DNA of 64,000 nt, taken from contig NC_134473.1 in the NCBI RefSeq assembly GCF_964194025.1, positions 72,726,001-72,790,000 of the forward strand, read 5' to 3'. Under the pieces are notes generated by a model that searched no databases, was not told the origin of the DNA, and saw nothing but the letters and a program-made list of their open reading frames with translations. The translations under genes were made by a program, and so were the position numbers. The DNA is from Convolutriloba macropyga (lineage: Eukaryota). Positions 41,232 to 54,812 of this stretch are shown here, piece by piece (the stretch's first letter is position 1; every line of letters starts with the position of its first letter).

Positions 41232-41580
41232 TAAACCGACAAATGTCGGAAGAATTGCTCTTGAACGACAGGCGAGGCAATTTAATTCTTCAGGGGCTCT
41301 AGCCTAGATCAATTTTTCTTTATGGGTGCAAAAAACTTTCACCCCACCGGGATTCGAACCACTGCCCTCTCGATCCATGCTGCTACGCCGCCTCTCGATC
41401 CATCCAATTCTGCTACGCCGCAACCGATTTTATATTATCAACTTTGGAGCACTAGAGATCATTCAAAAATGATGATCGAAAGCATGAAAAAGTCACTTGA
41501 AAAGCTAAAGAATGTTCTAGAAAAGCGCAAAATTGTCAAGCGAAAGATTTGCATAAAAAAACATAGCCGGTAGAATACCG
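41232..41580 (-). mobile_element. tRNA-box-containing interspersed repeat, copy C
   Basis: GGTTCGAATCCCGGTGGGG B-box on minus strand; homologous to copies A and B. Confidence 0.65.
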
Positions 41581-41605
41581 GAAACGAATCGAATCTTTTC
41601 AGTTC

Positions 41606-41757
41606 AGGGGTGTGGGTAGGTGCTGGTGGGGGGGGGGGGGGGGGGGTTGGTAGGTGGGGGCAGGTAGGTGCTGGTGGGGGGTGTAGGTAGGTGGGGGTGG
41701 CGGCTAGGTACGTTGCGGAGGGGGGGGGGGTAGGTGTAGGTACGTACGTGTGTGTGT

Positions 41758-41788
<31 letters not shown>

Positions 41789-41824
41789 TAGTTTTTTGGG
41801 GGCGGGGTAGGCAGTTAAATGGGA
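41606..41824 (+). repeat. G-rich low-complexity tract with (GT)n; G-quadruplex-prone
   Basis: Multiple long G runs. Confidence 0.85.
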
Positions 41825-42974
41825 TCAAATTTTCTCAAATTAACCTTTTCACCTTGAATTACAGACTGTTACCAATTGCTATACATTACAAACTAATCTA
41901 TTGTTAAAATCCAATGTTCGAAAACAGAAGCAAAAACGGAGGAAAAATCTCGAATAGAAAGAAGTAAAAATTCAAGTCATGAACAAACTTGCTTTCTGCT
42001 AAAAAAAAAACCTGTAGAATATCAATACTCCTCTTCGAGTCTTGAAAAGACACACACGTTTACAATAATTGCTATGAACTGCGTTCAAGAGCAATTAAAA
42101 ATCTCAATCATTAGCTGGTAACAGTTGAGCCGTGAGAAAGTTTTCCATAAGCGAGATAAATATTTTGTTCACTCGCGGTTCTCTAGCATCAAAAACATTG
42201 AAGTACGTAAGCATTTGATAATTGTCTCAATTGCATTTTAAAAAGTTTGTGTGTAGGTGTTGTATTTTATGAAAATGCAATAATTTTAATTGTATACGTG
42301 TCAAAATGTATTAACAGATCTCAAAAACAAAGTCGTAAGAATTTCGGAAACAACTCGAGGAGTAACAGTCAAAACAGAATGAAAAAAACCAACTAACGTC
42401 GGACGACTTGCTTAAGAATGACAGGCGGGGCAATTTATGCAATTTAATTCATAAATTGGTAGCATAGGGTGTAGCATAGGTAGCTTTTTATTGGTGCAAA
42501 AAACAACCCACGTCAGCAGTTCTAACGGAGCCCTCTTGGATTGTAATCTGCCATCTTAACCACTACACTATACAGGTTCTGCGCAGTGTGTTACGGGTGA
42601 AACAATGTGCAGGGGTGGGGATTGGGGGTGAAGTGGGGGGGGGGGGGGGCTGATGTGAGAGGTAGGGATAGAGAGGGGTGGGGTCGAACTCTATGAAATA
42701 CCCATCACAACATAAAATTATGTCTCGAATACCGTTTCGGTGCACCGCATACTTAACGTCTAGTGAGCCGCTAGGCTCTACGAGAACTTAATGCCCAGCG
42801 GGTGTTTTATGTTTATCCCGTTGGGTGTTATCTGTTTTCCGTTTGTGCCCCCTAGTGCGTTATGCACCCCCTAGTTACAGAGCACGTAACATTTCATAGT
42901 AAAACACTATAAAAAAAGGCACGTGCTCCTGGTGGTGCGAAAAATATACACCCACTGAGCTGGGGGCGCACAAA

Positions 42975-45900
42975 CGGAAAAGATCTACCCCGTTTTTGAG
43001 TACGAAGTAAAAAAGGCCGGACAAAAAATTGGTCGAGCGAAAACTCGCATCAAAAACATTTATCAAAGCCGGTAGAATACCACAACGGACTCAAAGAGTC
43101 TTGCAATACAATTTCTAAAATGACTTTATCTAAATAAGAAATATCTAAAACCAAATTATATAAAAACCATAGAAAAATTACAAAAAATGCAGACAATTTT
43201 CAATTTTTCTAAGTTTAGGGCTGAAGACAGGTTGGAGGGGCGGCTGTGGGTGGCTGCGGCTGCGTTTATTGAGGGGCCAAGATTAGATATGGGTGGGGAT
43301 TGAGTCGTCTCGGTTAATTGACATCAAAAATGACTTGGCGTAAGTTGTGGTTAATTAATGATAGCATTTTATTTTTTAAAATGATGTCCATTAACCGAGA
43401 TGATTCAATCGGAGAAGCGCCACACGGTTCTGTTAGGACAATTCGTGACTGCCGATTTCGCCAAAAAACCATTATCTTTTTTCTACTTTGCTGGCTCACA
43501 TGTTCTCGACAATCGTGGTACAAGGGCAAATCACCTCAAGAAAAGATCTACCCCGTTTTGAGTACGAGGTAAAAAGGTCGGAGAAAATGGTCGAGCGAAA
43601 ACTCGCATCAAAAACATTTGTCAAAGCAGGTGGAATACAAGACTGGACTCCAAGAGTCTTGCAATACAAATTCTAAATTGACCTTATCTAAATAAGAAAT
43701 GTCTAAAGCCAAATTACATAAAAACCATAGAAAAATTACAAATGCAGACAATTTTTAATTTTTCAAAGTTTAGGGCTGAGGGGAGGTTGGAGGGGCGTCT
43801 AATGTGGATGGGGGCGGATGGGGCTATTGAGGAGGCCAGGATTAGATAGGGGTGGGGATGGTTAGCGTCTTTTTTGGGAGGGGTTGGGTGAGGTTGGAGG
43901 CCGCGGGGCGGGGAGGTTGAGTTACGTTCGAAAAAAGTCAAACAATCATCACCTAGAAAAATCTGTAGAATACAAATCTTTCCCTTTGATTCTAAAAAAA
44001 AGCAGGACTAACAAAATTGCTACAAACTTCGATTAGGAGCAATTAATCAAATAACTGTTCTCCAATTTATTGTATTTTTATGCCCCTTAAGGGTTAACGT
44101 CATACCGAAATATTGCACGACTCAAAGCAATAACAGCGTACCAAAGCAAATTGAAATTCGCAACAGATGACATTTTTGGTTTATTGTTTGTAAACTGTAA
44201 AAAACATTTTCAAAAACAACACGCTGTCAATAATTCACCACACCTTACGCCAAGTCATTATTGATGTCCATTAACCGAGATGATTCAATCAGAGAAGCGC
44301 CACACGGTTCTGTTAGGACAATTCGTGACTGCCGATTTCGCCAAAAAACCAATTATCTTTTTTCTACTTTGCTGGCTCACATGTTCTCGACAATCGTGGA
44401 ACAAGGGCAAATCATCTCAAGAAAAGATCTAGCCCGTTTTGAGTACGAGGTAAAAAGGTCGGAGAAAAAAATGGTCGAGCGAAAACTCACATCAAAAACA
44501 TTTGTCAAAGCCGGTAGAATTCAAGATTGGACTCAAATAGTCTTGCAATACAATTTTTAAATTGACCTTATCTAAATAAGAAATATCTAAAACCAAATTA
44601 CATAAAAACCATAGAAAAATTACAAAAAATGCAGACAATTTTTAATTTTTCAAAGTTTAGGGCTGAGGGGAGGTTGGGGGGGGGGGGGCGCGTTTAATGT
44701 GGGTGGGTGCGGATGGGTTTATTGAGGAGGCCAGGATTAGATAGGGGTGGGGATGGTTAGCGTATTTTTTGGGAGGGGTTGGGTGAGGTTGGCGGCCGCG
44801 GGGCGGGGGGGGGGGGGTGGTGAGTTACGTTCGAAAAAAGTCAACAATCATCACCTAGAAGAATCTGTAGAACACAAATCTTTCTCTTTGATTCGTAAAA
44901 GCCAGCAGGACTAACAAAATTGCTACAAACTTCGATGAGGAAAAATTAATCAAATAACTTCTCCAAATTATTGTATTTTTATTCCCCTTAAGGGTTAAGG
45001 TCATACCGAAATATTGCACGACTCAAAGCAATAACAGCGTACCAAAGCAAATTGAAATTCGCAACAGATGACATTTTTGGTTTATTGTTTGTAAACTGTA
45101 AAAAACATTTTCAAAAACAACACGCTGTCAATAATTCACCACACCTTACGCCAAGTCATTATTGATGTCCATTAACCGAGATGATTCAATCAGAGAAGCG
45201 CCACACGGTTCTGTTAGGACAATTCGTGACTGCCAATTTCGCCAAAAAACCAATTATCTTTTTTCTACTTTGCTGGCTCACATGTTCTCGACAATCGTGG
45301 AACAAGGGCAAATCATCTCAAGAAAAGATCTAGCCCGTTTTGAGTACGAGGTAAAAAGGTCGGAGAAGAAAATGGTCGAGCGAAAACTCACATCAAAAAC
45401 ATTTGTCAAAGCCGGTAGAATTCAAGATTGGACTCAAATATTCTTGCAATACAATTTTTAAATTGACCTTATCTAAATAAGAAATATCTAAAACCAAATT
45501 ACATAAAAACCATAGAAAAATTACAAAAAATGCAGACAATTTTTAATTTTTCAAAGTTTAGGGCTGAGGGGAGGTTGGGGGGGGGGGGAGCGTTTAATGT
45601 GGGTGGGTGCGGATGGGTTTATTGAGGAGGCCAGGATTAGATAAGGGTGGGGATGGTTAGCGTCTTTTTTGGGAGGGGTTGGGTGAGGTTGGCGGCCGCG
45701 GGGCGGGGGGGGGGGGGGGGGTGGTGAGTTACGTTCGAAAAAAGTCAACAATCATCACCTAGAAGAATCTGTAGAACACAAATCTTTCTCTTTGATTCGT
45801 AAAAGCCAGCAGGACTAACAAAATTGCTACAAACTTCGATGAGGAAAAATTAATCAAATAACTTCTCCAATTTATTGTATTTTTATTCCCCTTAAGGGTT

Positions 45901-47945
45901 AAGGTCACATCGAAATATTGCACTACTCAAAGCAATAAAAGCGTACCAAAGCAAATTGAAATTCGCAACAGATGAAATTTTCGGTTTATTGTTTGTAAAC
46001 TGTAAAAAAAATTTCAAAAACAACACGCTGTCATTAATTCACCACACCTTACGCCAAGTCATTATTGATGTCCATTAACCGAGATGATTCAGTCAGAGAA
46101 GCGTCACTCGGTTTTGTTAGGACAATTCGTGACTGCCGATGTTACCAAAAAACCAATTATCCTTTTCTACTTTGCTGGCTCACATGTTCTCGACAATCGT
46201 GGAACAAGGGCAAATCTTCTCAAGAAAAGATCTACCCCGTTTTGAGTACGAGGTAAAAAGGTCGGAGAAAAAAATGGTCGAGCGAAAACTCACATCAAAA
46301 ACATTTGTCCAAGCTGGTAGAATACAAGATTGGACTCAAAGAGTCTTGCAATACAATTTCTAAATTGACCTTATCTAAATAAGAAATATCTAAAACCAAA
46401 TTACATAAAAACCATAGAAAAATTACAAAAAATGCAGACAATTTTTAATTTTTCAATGTTTAGGGCTGAGGGGAGGTTGGAGGGGCGTCTAATGTGGGTG
46501 GGTGCGGATGGGTTTATTGAGGAGGCCAGGATTACATAGGGGTGGGGATGGTTAGCGTCTTTTTGGGGAGGGGTTGGGTGAGGTTGGAGGCCGCGGGGCG
46601 GGGGGGGGGGGTGAGTTACGTTCGAAAAAAGTCAAACAATTATCACCTAGAAAAATCTGTAGAATACAAAACTTTCTCTTTGATTCGTAAAAGCCAGCAG
46701 GACTAACATAATTGCTACAAACTTCGATTAGGAGCAATTAATCAAATAACTGTTCTCCAATTTATTGTATTTTTATGCCCCTTAAGGGTTAACGTCATAC
46801 CGAAATATTGCACGACTCAAAGCAATAACAGCGTACCAAAGCAAATTGAAATTCGCAACAGATGACATTTTTGATTTGTTGTTTGTAAACTGTAAAAAAC
46901 ATTTTCAAAAGAACGCGATGTCATTAATTCACCACACCTTACGCCAAGTCATTATTGATGTCCTTTAACCGAGATGATTCAGTCAGAGAAGCGTCACTCG
47001 GTTTTGTTAGGACAATTCGTGACTGCCGATTTCACCAAAAACCAATCAATTTGTTTCTGCTTTGCAGGCTCTCATGTTCTCGACAATCGTGGAACAAGAG
47101 CAAATAACTTCAAGAAAAGATCTAAAAGACCTACCTCGTTTTTGAGACGAGGTAAAAAGTCGGACAAAAAATGGTCGAGCTAAAACTCGCATCAAAAACA
47201 TTTACCAAAGCCAGCAGAAAACCACAAAGGACTCAAAGAGTCTTGCAATACAATTTCTAAATTGACCTAATCTAAATAAGAAATATCTAAAACTAAATAA
47301 CCTAAAAATCCATAGAAAAATTACAAAAATGCAGGCAACTTTTAATTTTTCGAAGTTCAGGGCTGAGGGGAAGTTGGAGTAGCGGCTGTTGGTGGGTACG
47401 GCTAGGGTTATTGAGGGGGCCGGGATTAGATAGGGGGTGGGGATAGTTAGCGTCTTCTTTGGGAGGGCTTGGGGGGTTAGGGTAGGTTGGAGGCCGCTGG
47501 AGTTGTGTTCGAAAACAAAAAAGCCAGCAGGACTAACATAATTGATACAAACTTTGATTAAGATGAATTAATCAAATAACTTTTCTCCAACTTATTGTAT
47601 TTTTATGCCACTTAAGGGTTGACATCAAACCGAAATATTGCACGACAAAGCAATAACAGCGTACCAAAGAAAATTAAAATTCGCAACAGATGACATTTTC
47701 GGTTTATTTTTTGTAAACTGTAAAAAAAACATTTTTGAAAATCAAATGTTATCATTAGGTCACCACAAATTACGCTAAGTCATTTTTGATGTCCATTAAC
47801 CGAGATGATTCAATCAGAGAAGCGTCACTCGGTTTTGTTAGGACAATTCGTGACTGCCGATGTCGCCAAAAAACCAATTAACTTTTTTCTACCTTGCAGG
47901 CTCTCATGTTCTCCACAATCGTGGAACAAAAGCAAATCACTTCAA
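42975..47945. repeat. ~900-bp tandem array, ~5.5 copies, in the PCBD intron
   Basis: Marker GATGTCC.TTAACCGAGATGATTC at ~43383, 44263, 45164, 46067, 46957 and 47788; each full unit has a G-rich block. Confidence 0.95.
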
Positions 47946-48818
47946 TGCCTTGAGAGATATTTGCCATCACTAATCATTAAACAACAAAAAAATCTCAAAA
48001 ACGTTCATTGGGAAATGTCTCGCTTAAAGGTGTGCGACAATTGTAAGGAAAATTGCTATACCTCCCTTCATAGCTACTTTCGATGAACATATACAATAGC
48101 ACCGTACTCTATATTATAAGCAGTCACTAACTCATTAGAAAAAATTGGCCAGTACACTATTTCATATTTGCCTCGCACAATTACGTTCAGAAGTCGTGTC
48201 AATTTTCGCAGCAATTTTTCTATCTAGAGCTATATGAAAAAGAACAATGGATCATCAAACGCAAGCATTAATGAAATGAACCCGAACGTTCGTGCTTCAA
48301 AAAGGCACCTCTCATAATTCTTTGTAAATAATCACAGGCCAAATGATGGGAAAAGATATTGAAACAATGATGAACAGACACAAGAGTCACCAACGAAGCA
48401 GTCAGAGAAAAACAGTCCCATTTTTTAACGTTACAAGGATTAATGCTCTCTTTATCCCAACAGTTAGCAAATACATGCACTGAGCTATACTATACTTTAA
48501 TTTAAAAGAATGTTTCCAAAAATGTATTCTGAAACCAAATTAATCGAGACTTGAAAAAATTAAATATAAACGTCCCGTCCCCTCTAGCAAAGGGATCAAG
48601 AAAACCGCAATGAGAAATCTGTTCCAGATATAGCCCCACTAAAATTTCAAGATAAACCTTGAAATCTTTTAAAGCTAGCTGTTTAAAATGTCTATTTTGA
48701 GAGCTATGACAAAAAGTTTCGCCAAAAAGGTGACTCAACCAACATTTGGATGAAAATTTTGAGAACCATTTTAGGTCCATAATAGAAATAATAAATATGC
48801 ATCGAAAAACGTTAAAAA

Positions 48819-48960
48819 ATGTGCCCCGATTGCAATCGTAAAGTCACTTATAGAGGGATGTCACTTAAGGTGTCGAGTGTGAGAAGTGGTATGATGCACA
48901 TTGCAAGATTATTGCGAACAAAAACATGTAGAAAACCGTGGTTTTGCTCAGAATACGGGA
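48819..48960 (+). pseudogene. Decayed PHD-finger-like segment (probably LINE ORF1)
   Basis: CPDC....C..CEKWY.AHC....WFCSE recoverable across frameshifts. Confidence 0.4.
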
Positions 48961-49979
48961 AAAATAAGCAAAACATGATCCAGAAAGTAAAAAACAGACA
49001 AATGAGTAAATCACAAAACTTGCACTATTGCTGAAGAATCGGCTGATTTGTTTGGAATAATTAACGCACTCTTTAAAAATACAGTTCCGAATGGAAAAAG
49101 TTGATACAGATGAAAATCTGCCTTTTTAAGACATGAATATTAATGCGAAAACATGATTCGTAAAGTTGAAGAGGCACTAAGAAAAAGTGAATAAATGTGG
49201 TTCAAGAACAATATCTGGAGCATGCAAGGCCAGAAATTTGGAAAAAAAAAAACAAGACAAACGCTAAGAAAAGGAATTAAACTCAAAGTCAGAAAATGAG
49301 CACGTTTTTTTCTACAATACAAGTAAACATCAGCCTGCAACTTAGGCTCAAAATAGTAACATCTTCTGCTTCTGATATATAGACTTATATAATATCACTA
49401 AGCAGAAAGCTAAAAATCATGTGGTTGATCAAAATCAGTTGGAGTGGATGTTTCCGACATTTAATCAAGACAATTTTAGAGCATTAAATATTGATTCCCT
49501 AGTAGGCCATTTGGCTGAGTTATCAAAAGCCATTGAAGGCATATTTGTAAATCACTGCCCAGGTAGAAAATCTCGTGGCCTTGATAGAACTTCATGCGCC
49601 GGATCAGGATCAAAAGGCCGGGAATTAACATTGAAACATTGGTGCTTGTTTCTTAGAAGACTAGCAGGTTGCTTTCTATCAAAAATTTCTCATTCATTTT
49701 AAAATTAAGTCAGGTAAAATTAATTGTTAGTAAGTCAAAAAGCAAAATGAAAACTAACAATTTCTTGAATGGCAAATTCATCATTTAGATGAATCCAATT
49801 GTGTACAAAATTTTATAACTCAATCCTGTTTTAATCCTGATGAACTAAGCAAATGCTAAAACGTTTGATTTTTGTTCAATTTTATATCAACTTTTCCCCT
49901 CTTCATCTAGAATTATTAAGTTAACTCAAAAGTTAACAATAGTCCTCAAGACAAGTCAGACTTTAAAGGTTTCACATAC

Positions 49980-50165
49980 CTGATTAAAATCTTTGAACTG
50001 AAATTTCTTTTTGATACAATCTTTTTCTTCGTCGATAATCCAGCCACAATTCCTCAACGCATTTAGATCGGCAGCGTGCTCCACGCTGCCCAAAATCTTG
50101 ACCGCTTTCATTGGTAAGGCTGATGATGTCATTCTTCGCACTAGATTTAAAGATAAAATGTACAT
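49980..50165 (-). CDS. PCBD: PCBD first coding exon (62 aa; start codon uncertain); spliced protein ~116 aa
   Basis: L..LRNCGW....KDCIKKKFQFKDFNQ; CAG|GTATG phase-0 donor joins in frame to AFGWM. Confidence 0.88.
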
Positions 50166-50407
50166 TGACGTGTGCACACCTTCGTGAAATCTCTTCGACA
50201 AACAGTTTCAGCGATAAAGACAAACCATTATAAACCAATCTGAAACAGAGCAAAAGTATAATAACTCCCTTTCTGTTGCTGCTGCCGCAGTAATCTCATC
50301 TAAGATTTCGTTGGCACGCATTTCAAATAAAACATGAAGACAACATTGATATTTGACTCATTAAAGAGCTCATGAAAATATTATACATGACCAAAAATTA
50401 ACATAAA

Positions 50408-50643
50408 CATAGCTGGCAGATTGCCAGAACATAGCCGCAATAGATTCGTAGATCGGCAGTCTAAAAAAACAGTAAAAAAGACAGATAAAAAAAATCGTCT
50501 TTTCATTGAAGGCTGATCTGTTATATTTTGATTAAAAATCTGTATAAGTTATTGCTGCCTCTATTAGCCTCTATTGCTGCCTCATTTTTGAGAGTGAGGT
50601 AAGTCAAGTGTGACCAAAAATTTAATCACGCGCATGAACGAAA
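50408..50643 (+). mobile_element. 5' part of the hairpin-ended repeat family, truncated at the Gypsy-like element
   Basis: Near-identical to ~24693-24965 with an internal deletion. Confidence 0.7.
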
Positions 50644-50645
50644 AA

Positions 50646-50881
50646 ACTAACTCTGCTAAATTCAGTTTTATCTCTCGCTCATCTTTTGAGCTCATTGGTA
50701 GATTGAGCGGAATCGCACCCCGTTTGGAACATCAGTATTACAAGTGGAATTGCATTAGCTTTCTACTGTAACTTCAATGAATGATAATTTCGAGCTCCAC
50801 ATTTCACTACGGATTCGCGTCGCGAATCCAATCCACAAAAATTGGACGGTAATTGTAACCCAATTCCTAGACTACTCAAAC
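50646..50881 (+). repeat. Inverted copy of the element's 5' LTR
   Basis: Reverse complement of 54824-55056, roughly 75-80% identity by eye. Confidence 0.88.
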
Positions 50882-51027
50882 GTCCTATCGCACACTTACA
50901 TAATAACTCCTACTTTCAGAGATTTTTCAACACGATTCAACAGATTTTTCAACACTTTCCCTAAATAATATAAATTTTTTTATATTTCAGTACTTTGTTT
51001 TGTATTTGATTCCAGCACTTTAGAACT

Positions 51028-51115
51028 TTTTTGTTCTCTTAATAAAATTTTTTTGTTCTCTTAATAAAATTTTTTTGTTCTCTTAATAAAATTTTTTTGT
51101 TCTCTTAATAAAATT
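51028..51115. repeat. 22-bp tandem repeat (TTTTTGTTCTCTTAATAAAATT), ~4 copies
   Basis: Directly visible. Confidence 0.85.
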
Positions 51116-54100
51116 TGCATGACATCGATAAAACCATTGATCACACCATTTGAAACAGTTCTCGCGCGTTAAAAATAGTGAGTATCAATGCGATCTGCTC
51201 TTTCCCTCTCCATTGGGTCCACGTTTGACATTTCCTAAATATATCATTCCCTAGTGAACTGATGTCATAGTCGAAGGCAAATTTCCCATCCATACCAGAT
51301 GTCCGCCCCTTAAGCAAACTATTCAGTGTATCAAAGATTCTAAAGAAACTGGAAGAATTACAAAGCACGCTTATTCAACCAAAATATATTAAATTAACTA
51401 TGCATCTATATTAATAAGAACATTTACTGGTTATCAAATCTAGGATTTCTATTTTTGCTGGTTACCATAGCTGGTGGTTTTTATTAGTGCAAACATATGG
51501 CATTTGATTGCAAAACTGGGTGAACAACAAAATGAACAAGAGAACAATTTTAGAAACCACTAACGGAAGAGTAAAATTTTGCCACTTTTTTATAAAACGA
51601 ATTAAAGTAATAACACAACAAATTAAATTAGTTTGAGACCAAATATAAACTGAACAGAAAGGTGCTACGATAGTTAAAAAATTACATTTAAAATAAAAAC
51701 AACAAGAAATGAATGAAAATTTTAGGCAATTGAAATTAATTGAAAATTAATAAAATTGAAGTTTTAGTTGAGAATAATTACATGGGTTTCAGATTTAACT
51801 GTTGTAAATTGATTTTCAGCGACGAAGACTGACGTGCTAATTTTCCCTAGTCAGAATAGTCGTGTTCTGAAGGGGAGTTCGTGGCCGGCCGGATTCGTGG
51901 ATCAAGAGGGCTGAGAACAGGAAGCTCGAAATTGCTTTCTTCTGCTGGTGGTCGGGCGTTCTCTTCCTTTATAAACTTCCTTGCAATGTCAGTATTCTCA
52001 GTACGTTGCAGTTTTGAGGATAAGGCCCTGTTGTGTTGTCGGCTTGGCGATGTTCAATTTTTGTGTCCACCTATATTTTTTTTCGAGGACTTTGATGTTC
52101 TCCGCAGTTTTTTCCGCAGTCGTTTTTTTGTAGAGTAAGGGACTTCTCTGGGCGGATTTCCAGAAAAGGGTGTTTCGCTCAACTTTGGTGCCCAATTTTT
52201 TGGGCACCCAATATCGTTTTTGGGCACCCTGACATCTGGTACTCCAGGTTCCTGTATGACTCTCATTGATGCAGACGTAAGGGTGAAAACACTGCCATGC
52301 GCGAGAGCGCCCACAAACCAAGGAGATCTTTCTTGAAGCGTTTTGTTACTTTTCGTGCAAGTTTAAATACAAAAGACTTTCCCATGGGTGGGATTGGGTT
52401 CGTATTCTTTGGATGAAAAACAAATCTGGAGACGGTTTTTTTATGTTTTCCGTTGAAATGGTGTCCAGCCACCACCTCTGCACGAGTCATAGCCTCATGG
52501 ATTTGAATATCATTCCCTTGCCAAAACCAAACCGTTATCATCAAGGTAGTTGCCTAGGGGAACTGTATTTTCGTGTAGATAATGATTTAAAGTCTGCTCA
52601 TGCGTTAAATTTTTGGAGTTAGGTGTGTTCTTTATGTTGTCTAGTGGTGTAATTGGTTTTCTGCCAAAATGTGCTTAGGAAGGTGTTACTTTTGCAGTTT
52701 TCTGTTTATATAAGCGTAATTGGTGTACTATTGACTTTATTGATTCTCTAAAAGTGGATTTGTCAGAACTACATAACATTTTCAAACTACTTAATCATCC
52801 TTTAATAGCTTGTATCAAACGTTCTACTAACCCAATAGCTCTGTCTGTGATCATTTGCAAGTGCAGAAATTTCAATAATTTTACAGCAGTTTTTATCTTT
52901 ATTTCCTGTTGAACATCGTGCTGGATCCAAACGGATGTTTCGTGGTACTTTAACTATTTGAATGTATTTATTTAAAAATTCTACAACATCATGACCATTA
53001 GTTTTTTCACTTACTCCTTGATTTTTTGAGAAACGATTGTTACATGCAACAATATATTCTTACCTATATTCGTTCAAGATTTGCAATCTTTATTAAGAAA
53101 TCATCTCCCAGATTACCGGATCAGTGAGATATGGGGACTCCAATACTGCCTCCTGAATAGACTTTGGAATTGCGAGCCCTTCGTCAATACATACGCACCC
53201 TGACCGTACATTTAAATCACGTCAGTGCGAATGCATATTGTTGAAGTCTGCACAACGTTGTTTGTCATTCTGCAAGATGCAGTCACGAACTTCATTCAGG
53301 ACGGCATCTTTTGTAGTCAAAACTACGAGGAAGTTTTTCACGAAAAGTTGGTTGAGGTTGTTTTCCAACGCATCCTTCCGCGTCTGATCCAGGACTGGGG
53401 TAGTATTTCCTTCCCGTTCTCATCAGAATTCGGTGTTGACTGGAATGTCACTCGGGTTGAGCCCTTGGGTGGTTGGTAGTGTTTATGGCGATTCAACGGT
53501 GCTCCTCATGTTGTTTGAATGTTGTAAATAGATTAGTGCTACGTTTGCAGAAAAAGAATTTAGCAGCTGATCAGTGCAGCGAACTAAGGAAATAAGCATT
53601 TCAGAACATTTTACTTGTCGAGTATTACTGACGCGAAAGGAATGTACTTCATTTACAGCGTTAATGTGATGCACTTGACAGTTTAATGGTATGGCATTTA
53701 TTTAAATTGCTGCAATAGCGTCACAAATGCGGATATTTGTTGCAACCAAAAAATCCTCGTCATATTTATTTAATTGCGTTTTGATTTCGTTGGCGAAAAT
53801 TGTATTCTACCGGCCCTATTTTTCACCTAGTATGTGTTCAATATTAAAAATCAAAAGGTAATAATCGGTCCAACCAACAAGTTAAATGACTAATATGGGT
53901 TTTATTAGATCGATTTTCTTGCATGATTGATAATAAGGCTCTATGATCGGTGATGACAATGGGTGATTTTTAAATTGATAATATTTAAAGAAGTTTTTAG
54001 ATCAAACTGCCCCCTTTCTAATTTCTAATTCATAGACACTATGATTTTTCTCATTGATAATGAGGGAACGTGATTCCAATGCTATTGTTTTTCAGCCCTT

Positions 54101-54798
54101 CGGCGAATTGCGCCACCTAAACCTGCAGGAGATGCATCGCTTTTGCTGCGGGTTCCATGTATTGGTTACAATGGGTGTTTTCAGTTCTTTTTGCAACCTG
54201 ATTTTTGATGTGATGTAAATTTGATTTTAGGTCATCATTCCGTCCGAACTTTTTGTTCTTTTTTAAAGGCGGACATAAATGATAGCATTATTGTAATAAA
54301 TAAGGAATGAACTTCTCGATAAAATGTACTGAGCCCGAAAATAATCACATTTGCTTAAAACTTTTAGGGGCGAAGGAACGAGAATTGGTAAAGTTTTTGA
54401 GTCTAGTGGAGAGATGCCCGATTGACTGAATTTTTAGCCTCACCATTCGATGTCAGTTTTGGCAAAGTGGGGCTTGGAAGGATAATTTGGAGGTTGTTAT
54501 CGTCAAAATTTTTAAATCATTGATAAATTAAATTTATATGTTCCTCTTTAGATCCTCTGCTGACAATATCGTTGTCTAAAACGCAATGTGTATTTCTCAA
54601 TCCGATTAAAATGTCATTCATTTTTTTGGAAAACCGCCAATTTTATCTGGCGGCGCCTCTCGTAGAATGTCGATGGAGATTCCTTCTTTCGCTAGAAGGG
54701 CCAACTTAATATGATCCCAATCGTTCCCATCGTAGCCGAGGATCCAAGGTTGGTCTTTCCCAAATGGGTTCAATTTCGAGAAGAACACGTTCCTTTGG

Positions 54799-54812
54799 TG
54801 CAGACTACGCCA
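54799..54812 (-). promoter_or_regulatory. Primer-binding site, tRNA-Ser type
   Basis: TGGCGTAGTCTGCA directly after the LTR's CA; 13/14 complementary to the typical eukaryotic tRNA-Ser 3' end (TGCCGACTACGCCA). Confidence 0.75.

Noticed and set aside
41604-41828. Proline-rich minus-strand ORF (also 43714, 45551, 46552)
   Set aside because: Translation of G/C homopolymer tracts
43318-48086. Repeated 60-99 aa ORFs (MMSINRDDSI...) as a tandem gene family
   Set aside because: Frames shift between units, mostly non-ATG starts, no recognisable domain; a by-product of the repeat
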